This document shows, in pieces, positions 7,908-14,440 of a stretch of 14,440 nucleotides of DNA. The translations under genes were made by a program, and so were the position numbers. Below the pieces are notes generated by a model that worked only from the letters and a program-made list of their open reading frames with translations, searched no databases and was not told the DNA's origin. The first letter of the stretch is position 1; each line of letters starts with the position of its first letter. The stretch is from Sulfolobaceae archaeon (GTDB lineage: Archaea > Thermoproteota > Thermoprotei_A > Sulfolobales > Sulfolobaceae): positions 1-14,440 of the forward strand of contig JAWARQ010000013.1 in assembly GCA_038893355.1 (NCBI GenBank), in the 5' to 3' direction.

Positions 7908-9110
7908 TTATAATTCCAGATTATAAAATTTAATTGGATTTATACTTAATATATTTATTAAATTTTGCTTTCCTAATTCTTTTTGATTTTCTACAAACTC
8001 GTGTATAGCGTTTATTACCATTTCCTCATGACCATAATCAGTTGCAAAAACTAATTGAGAACCAATGCCCATTTTTTCAATCATGTATTTGAGTATTTCA
8101 GTAGGCTCTCCTGCTTCAACACTAACGTAAATGTTACCTTCTTTTAAGTACTCTATTGGCTTCTTATTGGGTAATTCATTAATTCCAAAAAATTTTTTTG
8201 CGATCTTTATCGTAGGATGCTCGTATTGCTCTTCAAAATAATATAGCCAGTAAGGTAACCATGTTGAACCGGCTTCTGCAAGTAATATTTTAAGCTCAGG
8301 GTACCTATCGAAATACCCATTCCCTATCATAAGAGTAAGGATTATCTCCATTGTTATTGAGTGAGTCATTGTCCTTGAATAGAGATACTTTCGCCCTAGC
8401 ATTATCCATGGTAAAGGAAGTGAGGATAGGGAGTGAATAGTTACGGGGACTTTTAATTTAGCAACTTCTTTCCAGAACTCATCAAATGATTCATCGGCCA
8501 CAGTCTTAATACCTAAACCTACTTCGCCACTGCTAACAACAATTGGAGGTATCACGATTCCAGCAAAGCCATTCATTTCTTTAGCTCTATATAACTCATT
8601 AATTGCAAGTTTAACATCTTGTAGAGGTACTACGTAATTTGCTTTTATTCTCTTTTGATTTCTCAGTTTTTCTGATACATAATTATTATATGCCTTGCAT
8701 AAGGCATAAGCATAATTGGCATCTTTTATCATTGCAATTGGAATTGCTAAGGTTGGATTAACCACTTGTAAATAAACACCCATTCTATCCATATCCATTA
8801 ATCTACCTTGAATATCATCCAGAGAACCATCATTAGCCAATGGAGAATTATTATTCATATCAATAACTTTTCCGAATTTGGGATGATTATAATGTTGAAT
8901 TAAACCTTTAGCTGGTCCAGGACCTGGAGATCCTAATGGTCGTGGGACCAACATTCCGTCTATAACCCAATATCTTGTTCCATAATTTATCTCCTCTACT
9001 ACTAATGGTGGTTTATAGCCATTTTCCAAATACCTCTCATAATGCTCTGGTCTTTCTACTATATGTGCATCGGCATCTATTACTTTAATCTCATTAAGGT
9101 TTAATTCCAT
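7908..9110 (-). CDS. Amidohydrolase family 2 protein (ACMSD/LigW-like metal-dependent decarboxylase/hydrolase)
   Basis: Motifs IDADAH, RLMDMDRMG, AYNNY, VTIH, EAGSTWLPYW and FATDYGH. It lies 4 nt from the MFS gene, implying an operon. Confidence 0.88.
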   Translation of the reverse strand: MELNLNEIKVIDADAHIVERPEHYERYLENGYKPPLVVEEINYGTRYWVIDGMLVPRPLGSPGPGPAKGLIQHYNHPKFGKVIDMNNNSPLANDGSLDDIQGRLMDMDRMGVYLQVVNPTLAIPIAMIKDANYAYALCKAYNNYVSEKLRNQKRIKANYVVPLQDVKLAINELYRAKEMNGFAGIVIPPIVVSSGEVGLGIKTVADESFDEFWKEVAKLKVPVTIHSLSSLPLPWIMLGRKYLYSRTMTHSITMEIILTLMIGNGYFDRYPELKILLAEAGSTWLPYWLYYFEEQYEHPTIKIAKKFFGINELPNKKPIEYLKEGNIYVSVEAGEPTEILKYMIEKMGIGSQLVFATDYGHEEMVINAIHEFVENQKELGKQNLINILSINPIKFYNLEL

Positions 9111-9292
9111 TTATTTTGCACCTATCTTAATAAAAAATATGATGAAATTTAAAGGTTCCTCAAACTACGTTCTAGGTAAAATGCATAACTAATTTTTATA
9201 AGATATTACTACTTTTTGGAATTAATATATTTGTATTAAAGAGATTAATATAAGAAAAGTATATAAGCATACTATTAGAGTTAAAAATCCAG
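9111..9292. promoter_or_regulatory. Divergent promoter region
   Basis: Minus strand: TTTAAATT at 9146-9153 and SD-like AGGTG at 9119-9123. Plus strand: a purine-rich BRE-like AAGAAAAG followed by TATATAAG at 9260-9267. Confidence 0.55.
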
Positions 9293-9946
9293 ATGGTATT
9301 GAAAAAAAGGTTAAACGAATTAGTCATATCCGTTTATCATGAAGATTGCTGGACTACTATGGTTGGTAAATATGTTGTGAAAAATATAGGTAGAGTAATA
9401 AATTTTGAAAGAAATTATATTAGAGCAATAATTAAATTTAATAATGAATATAAAGATTTAGTACAAAAAATTAAAAAACATAAATCATTTATTGAAGGAA
9501 TTTCGTTATATAATTTAGGTAATAAAATCGTATTTGATTTTAAGAAAAACACTCATGGTATAATAAAAGCTATAATTTCAGTTGATGGTATAATTTTAGA
9601 TGATTTTAAATATCTTAGTAAGGAGTATTGGAGAATATTAATTTATGAGGATAGAGTTAATGAATTAATTGAAAAATTAAAAAGTGAAGGTGAAATACAA
9701 ATATATGAATATAAACAGTTTAGTATTACAGAAGACGATTTATCACCTCAAGAACTAAGAGCCTTAATTCTTGCATATACCAACGGTTACTATAAGCTTC
9801 CTAAGTCAATTAAAAGTAAAGATCTTGCAAAAATAATGGGAGTGAGTAAATCCACATTAATATATCACCTAAGATCAGCAGAATCTAAACTTATTCGAAA
9901 ATATCTTAATAAATTAAGATTTGAAAATATCATAAATAGTATATAA
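9293..9946 (+). CDS. HTH-10 (Bat-like) transcriptional regulator
   Basis: N-terminal HEDCWT and C-terminal LSPQELRALILAYTNGYYKLPKSIKSKDLAKIMGVSKSTLIYHLRSAESKL, the HTH_10 signature. Confidence 0.9.
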   Translation: MVLKKRLNELVISVYHEDCWTTMVGKYVVKNIGRVINFERNYIRAIIKFNNEYKDLVQKIKKHKSFIEGISLYNLGNKIVFDFKKNTHGIIKAIISVDGIILDDFKYLSKEYWRILIYEDRVNELIEKLKSEGEIQIYEYKQFSITEDDLSPQELRALILAYTNGYYKLPKSIKSKDLAKIMGVSKSTLIYHLRSAESKLIRKYLNKLRFENIINSI

Positions 9947-10235
9947 ATATGCATCAGTATTCTCGATATTAGATAAATTTAAATAAATTAAATTAATATA
10001 TTATAATTATTAGAATTTCATGATATTAAAATGAAATTCTATTCTAAGTTATACAAATAAGATAATCTATATAGATGAGAAAAAATACAGAGATGCAACA
10101 CATATCAATTCGACTTGAAGGAACTCATGACTTACCTATCATTAGGTTTAGTAGATGGTTTAAGAATAATTCCTTATTATGAATAATCATAAAATAGCTA
10201 AAATGAAAATATAAGGATAAATGAAGTGAAGAAGT

Positions 10236-11918
10236 ATGAAAGGTGCAGAATTAATCCTCAACTTCCTAAAAGAATACGATGTAGAGTATATTTTCGGCTT
10301 GCCCGGCGAAACTTCTCTTTCACTTTATAAAGAGTTTAAGCATATCCGGCATATATTAGCTAGGGATGAGAGGAATTCAGTTTACATGGCTGATGCTTAT
10401 GCCAGGCTGTCCTTTAAGCCTGGAGTAGTTGAGGGCCCTAGCGTTGGTGCGATATATATGTTGCCTGGTGTTGCAGAAGCTTATAAGTCTTCATCACCAT
10501 TAATCATAATAACAACTGACACTTCAATATATGGAGAGAAACTGAATTACCTAACATCATTAGATCAGACTTCATTGTTTAGGCCAATAACTAAGGATAC
10601 TATGACTATAACAAAGCCGGAAGAAATCCCTCATGCAATAAGAAGGGCTTTTAGGTTAGCAACATCAGGTAAACCAGGGCCGGTGCATATAAGAATCCCT
10701 AGTGAGGTTTTAGAAGGTGAGGTTAGTAAGGTAGAACTAAAGCCTCAGAAGGAGTTTTCCAAATACCCTGCACTCAGGCCTATAGCGGATATTGAATTAA
10801 TTAAGAAGGCAGTAGATCTGATTTTAGAGAGTGAAAATCCCATACTAATCTGTGGCCAGGGCGCATTATATTCAATGGCCTGGGATGAAGTAACAGAGAT
10901 TGCGGAGATTTTAAGTGCGCCAGTAGGCACTACTATTACTGGTAAGGGGTGCATTTCAGAACTACATCCACTATCTATAGGCGTAGTCGGCGGGAGGGGT
11001 GGTACTAGTTTTTCTAATAAGGTTGTCGAGGATTCCGATTTAATAATATTAATAGGTAGTAATGCAGATTCAGCGAATACTGATAGATGGACAATACCTT
11101 CAAGGGACAAGAGGATAATTCAAATTGATATCAGTGAGATAGAGGTCGGGAATAACTATGATAGTTTAAATCTGCTAGGTGATGCTAAGGCGACTTTAAG
11201 GACTATGATAGACATGATTAAATCTAGGGGAATTAAGAAATCTAAGCCCCAAATTAATTATTCTAGACTAAGAGATGAATATGAGGAAAGGCTAAAAGAG
11301 TTTATTGAAGAGAATAGCGATGTTAGTCCACTACGCTTTGTAAAAGAATTATGGAATTTAGCGCCAGAAAGTGCAGTAATCATAGCTGATCCCGGAGTTG
11401 GTGCTATCTATACTTCTGCATTTTATAGGGCTAAGAAGGCAGGAAGGTATTTCATCTTCAATTATGGTCTAGGAGGTTTAGGGTACTCGATTCCTGCATC
11501 AGTTGGTGCCTTCTTAGCTAGAAAGGGAGATCTTATAATATCTCTCTCTGGAGACGGTAGTTTTGGTTTCTCGGTAGGCGAACTGGAGACGATAAGTAGA
11601 TTAAACGCAAACGTAATGATAGTCATATTTAATAACTCAAGCTTTGGTTGGATAAGGGCTGAAATGAAGATAAGGTATGGAGAGACCATTGGTACGGATT
11701 TCTCCAACATTGACTATATGAAAATAGCTGAGGGCTTCGGACTTTCTGGATATAGAATAAGTAATAATCAAGAGATAGGTGAAATATTAAGAAAGGCAAT
11801 GAAAAATACCCCATCCTTAGTTGAAGTAATCGTAAAGCCTGAGGATAAATTAATTCCTCCAGTATCACAATGGGTTAGGAGCATTAGTTCTAAAGATATG
11901 AAAAAAGTAGTATACTAA
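10236..11918 (+). CDS. Thiamine diphosphate-dependent enzyme, acetolactate synthase large subunit-like
   Basis: Motifs IFGLPG, RDER (catalytic Glu), MADAYARLS, AFRLATSGKPGPVHI, TGKG, IQIDI and the ThDP-binding motif GDGSFGF...FNN. No small-subunit gene is adjacent, so the substrate is uncertain. Confidence 0.9.
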   Translation: MKGAELILNFLKEYDVEYIFGLPGETSLSLYKEFKHIRHILARDERNSVYMADAYARLSFKPGVVEGPSVGAIYMLPGVAEAYKSSSPLIIITTDTSIYGEKLNYLTSLDQTSLFRPITKDTMTITKPEEIPHAIRRAFRLATSGKPGPVHIRIPSEVLEGEVSKVELKPQKEFSKYPALRPIADIELIKKAVDLILESENPILICGQGALYSMAWDEVTEIAEILSAPVGTTITGKGCISELHPLSIGVVGGRGGTSFSNKVVEDSDLIILIGSNADSANTDRWTIPSRDKRIIQIDISEIEVGNNYDSLNLLGDAKATLRTMIDMIKSRGIKKSKPQINYSRLRDEYEERLKEFIEENSDVSPLRFVKELWNLAPESAVIIADPGVGAIYTSAFYRAKKAGRYFIFNYGLGGLGYSIPASVGAFLARKGDLIISLSGDGSFGFSVGELETISRLNANVMIVIFNNSSFGWIRAEMKIRYGETIGTDFSNIDYMKIAEGFGLSGYRISNNQEIGEILRKAMKNTPSLVEVIVKPEDKLIPPVSQWVRSISSKDMKKVVY

Positions 11919-11938
11919 AGAGGAAAAAGAGCAGTGTT

Positions 11939-12418
11939 TTATATTACTACACCTCCTTGATATCTTCCATTATATAACTTCTTAGTCTCTTCATCTAGTT
12001 TAAGGAATATGAGGTGGTGTGTGCTAATCCCTTTCTTTAAAGTCGAATTATATACGGGAGTTATGGCTAAGATAACCTTACCCCTATATCCAGCATCAAT
12101 TACAGTTGGTGGTGCTAAAAACCCATTCCTAGCCATTGTACTCTTCAGTGTAATTAATATAGCTAGATCCCTAGGTACTGAAAATTCTTCACAGGATTCG
12201 AATAAGTAAGTCCTCAATTGCTTCAGTTCAGCAAAATCCTTAAATGGTATTTCAACAACTTTAGCCTTCTTATCGGGTAAACTACTACCTTCAACTATTT
12301 CATAGTATTTTTCGCCGCAAATTCTTAAATCATAACCATTCTCTCTAACGTTTTCCTCTAAGTAGTTAATTATTACACTTCCTAATAAAGCCTTAATCGA
12401 TTGGTGTGAGAGTATCAT
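11939..12418 (-). CDS. dCTP deaminase/trimeric dUTPase family protein
   Basis: Motifs [28 protein letters not shown] and YNGRYQG. Confidence 0.88.
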   Translation of the reverse strand: MILSHQSIKALLGSVIINYLEENVRENGYDLRICGEKYYEIVEGSSLPDKKAKVVEIPFKDFAELKQLRTYLFESCEEFSVPRDLAILITLKSTMARNGFLAPPTVIDAGYRGKVILAITPVYNSTLKKGISTHHLIFLKLDEETKKLYNGRYQGGVVI

Positions 12419-12525
12419 AAGTTCTTACTTCTCAAACAAGGTTTTTAAGCAAAACCACACTAGCTAGAATGCGGAAGAGTAACTCTCATTTAATGTAAGG
12501 AATATCAGTCTGGCCCTATATAGGA

Positions 12526-13017
12526 GATAGTGTCGCCATTAGGGTATAAATTATTGTATTACGAGTGTTATTTATGGGAAGGTACCAAATTCTATGTGTT
12601 TACCCGTGGCGTAACTTATCCTTACTTTTAATTACTTCTAATTCCGCGACGGGCACCCCTCTTAAGGGATCATACACAGTCGCCCTTAACTCATTGGGGC
12701 TGGTCGAGGGGAACACCAATACCCTCCCATCTGTATTTATCACTCCCAAAACCTCATGAGCAGAGCCCATCATCAGTAGGGAGATCATCAACATGTGCCA
12801 TTGAGGTAATAATATATATATATAAACATAATCATAATAAAAATGATATCAAGAAATGATTAAAAGTATTTAAAAGTTACGTAAAGATGTTACAGTCTCT
12901 AACAGACCTAAGTTTGCAACCGTAGAGGAGTTTTTAGAGATGATGAAATATTCTATAGCGTTAGTCTTATTGGCGAGAATATCAATCCCAGAATTTGTAG
13001 CTTAGTGGTTGCACTAT
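12526..13017. mobile_element. 492-bp non-autonomous element or IS remnant sharing termini with the 129-bp MITE
   Basis: 12526-12559 matches the reverse complement of the MITE right end at 31/34. The reverse complement of 12994-13017 matches the MITE left end at 21/24. No intact transposase and no target duplication seen. Confidence 0.65.
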
Positions 13018-13052
13018 TTCCGCACTGAAATTTATTAATATAAGATTTTCTC

Positions 13053-13445
13053 TCATTTGGAAACTATACAAGTTTCCCTACCTTCATCTACTACTATAGA
13101 CAAGTGTTTTAAAACATCAAGTCCAACTAAGTTTCTTCCCTCAAAATCTCTCGGAGTTAGTACATAGGTCTCAATCCTTTTACCGTCTAAATCAAGTATA
13201 GCTTTAGATGTCTTCATGATCAAATAGCCGTTTAACGTCCTAAATTTAAACCAAGATTCCTCCGGTAGTTCTCCAACTAGGAACTTTCTGTATTCACTAT
13301 TACTTAGCATTACAGGACCGTCAAAGCCCGTATCTACTCTGAAATTAAACTCAAAGCTTTCGCCGAGGAGGTTGTAAAGTTTAAGGTGGAGCATGGGTTT
13401 GTCACTTTTAAAACACTTCAAGGCAACAAACTTCCTCCCAACCAT
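13053..13445 (-). CDS. Clan AA (retropepsin-like) aspartic protease
   Basis: Catalytic motif VDTGFDG and C-terminal NLVGLDVL. The true start may be TTG at 13421, which gives a TTGA overlap with the upstream stop and follows GGGAGG. Confidence 0.85.
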   Translation of the reverse strand: MVGRKFVALKCFKSDKPMLHLKLYNLLGESFEFNFRVDTGFDGPVMLSNSEYRKFLVGELPEESWFKFRTLNGYLIMKTSKAILDLDGKRIETYVLTPRDFEGRNLVGLDVLKHLSIVVDEGRETCIVSK

Positions 13446-13798
13446 TCTCCCTCCTCTTTAACATCCTTCGATGGGTTGAATACTATTGCATGGTTTACGT
13501 TAAGCTTCTTTAAGACTTCTTGAACCTCTTCTATTTTATCGTAGGCACCAATAAATTTCCCCTGAGCAATAACTACGTATTTATCCTTGTATTTTGAAAA
13601 CACTTCACCCCTCATCTTCATAAATACTTTGTTATTAATATCCCTTTCGTCGCTATCCTTAACCTTGTTAAGCCACAAGTCTATTGCCTGTTCAAGTGCC
13701 TCAGATAGTGTTAGCCCTCTCCTTATAGCCTCTGCCTTGAACTCCCTTAACTTTTCCTCGTTTATCTTTTTTATTACCAAAGTCACCAAGTTCACCAA
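13418..13798 (-). CDS. Ribbon-helix-helix-like DNA-binding protein with a DUF5678-like C-terminal domain
   Basis: N-terminal TLVIKKINEEKLREFKAEAIRRGLTLSEALEQAIDLW fits an RHH pattern. C-terminal KYKDKYVVIAQGKFIG..IEEV resembles DUF5678. It overlaps the protease gene. Confidence 0.75.
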   Translation of the reverse strand: MVNLVTLVIKKINEEKLREFKAEAIRRGLTLSEALEQAIDLWLNKVKDSDERDINNKVFMKMRGEVFSKYKDKYVVIAQGKFIGAYDKIEEVQEVLKKLNVNHAIVFNPSKDVKEEGEWLGGSLLP

Positions 13799-13989
13799 AT
13801 TTACCTCTGCATCCTAAGTTAAAAACATTTCCCGAGCATATATCGTTTATAAAAAGTTTATTGTTTTAAGGAGATATAATACCACATGTTTTTTCGATGC
13901 TTTTCAAAAAAATTAAAAACAGTTTTTAACGAGTGGAGGAGTAGTACCTAGGCTCACCCCTTTCACATCCATTCTTAGTCATCTCGCTA

Positions 13990-14070
13990 CCGTTTGTCTC
14001 TACATTTTCATTTCAATCATTTCATGTTTAATCATGATCGAGTGCAGGGACTTAGCCTCAATCACCTGCC
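13990..14070 (-). mobile_element. Probable orphan right end of an IS607-family (ISC1904/ISC1913-like) element
   Basis: The minus strand reads GGCAGGTGATTGAGGCTAAGTCCCTGCACTCGATCATGATTAAACATGAAATGATTGAAATGAAAATGTAGAGACAAACGG. It has short TGAAA repeats and a terminal GG, matching Sulfolobales IS607 ends as I recall them. No tnpA or tnpB is adjacent. Confidence 0.55.
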
Positions 14071-14301
14071 TAGCTGAATAAAATATTATATAACGATACA
14101 ATAAGTCTAGGTGATTAGAACCTTATAAAAATAAAGCAGGAGTAGTTGAGGAGAAAGGTAAGAAAAGGGAGGATATTAGTTAATTGCGAAATAGATTGAA
14201 GGTGGAGAAAATTTTATTCATACATTCCCACTTATAAAGAGATAGCGTAATAGGAATCATGTATCAAAAGACTCTTCTTGCTCTTTCCTTAATTAGCATT
14301 A

Positions 14302-14440
14302 GCAAATCTGACTTCCTCCTTATATAAAACATATTAGTCAGATCTGTGTAATACAGATCTGACTGGGGTTGAGGCCGTTGACCTCCTTGGGCTCAAAGCT
14401 CGACGGGGAGCTTGGCCCGCCTCCAAATTCGTACCGGAAG
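14302..14440 (-). mobile_element. Structured non-coding end of a probable IS110-family element continuing past the window
   Basis: Abrupt GC-rich tract, a perfect 12-bp inverted repeat at 14336-14347/14353-14364, and a third ATCTGACT copy at 14306-14313. It resembles Sulfolobus IS110 3' ends from recall, but no transposase is visible. Confidence 0.45.

Noticed and set aside
217-9110. PrpF-like gene plus amidohydrolase as a LigU/LigJ-type aromatic ring-cleavage pathway
   Set aside because: The genes are about 6.7 kb apart with unrelated genes between, no dioxygenase is present, and the PrpF-like protein lacks its catalytic Cys.
10075-10182. 35-aa plus-strand ORF (MRKNTEMQHISIRLEG...)
   Set aside because: Short, with no recognisable similarity. 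It cannot be distinguished from chance.
10745-12209. Short ORFs opposite the ThDP enzyme and dcd-like genes
   Set aside because: Antisense shadows of conserved genes.
12565-12759. 64-aa plus-strand ORF
   Set aside because: Not supportable as a gene. It is mostly antisense to the more protein-like minus-strand frame.
13587-13817. 76-aa plus-strand ORF
   Set aside because: Antisense shadow of the RHH gene.
14360-14440. tRNA, 5S rRNA or SRP RNA in the GC-rich end
   Set aside because: No cloverleaf, T-loop motif or recognisable rRNA/SRP sequence in the visible part.

Overview
AT-rich archaeal DNA, almost certainly Sulfolobales. This is inferred from the protein families, the TATA boxes about 24 nt upstream of start codons, and the mobile-element ends. 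It is an accessory-type region, bounded on the left by the start and left end of an IS200/IS605-family tnpB element and on the right by a structured GC-rich end resembling an IS110-family element. Genes in order: a degenerate PrpF-family protein, a probable 50-aa ORF, an N-terminally hydrophobic wHTH protein, TenA, a small Met/His-rich membrane protein, an AAA_14/DUF4143 ATPase preceded by a tandem palindromic operator-like repeat, a decayed VapC pseudogene absent from the ORF track, an MFS transporter/amidohydrolase operon with a divergent HTH-10 regulator, a ThDP-dependent enzyme, a dCTP deaminase/dUTPase-family gene, and a coupled RHH-like protein/aspartic protease pair. Non-coding elements: a 129-bp MITE, a 492-bp element with the same terminal repeats around unrelated-looking DNA, and a probable orphan IS607-type right end. 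IS family names come from recalled similarity and need database confirmation.
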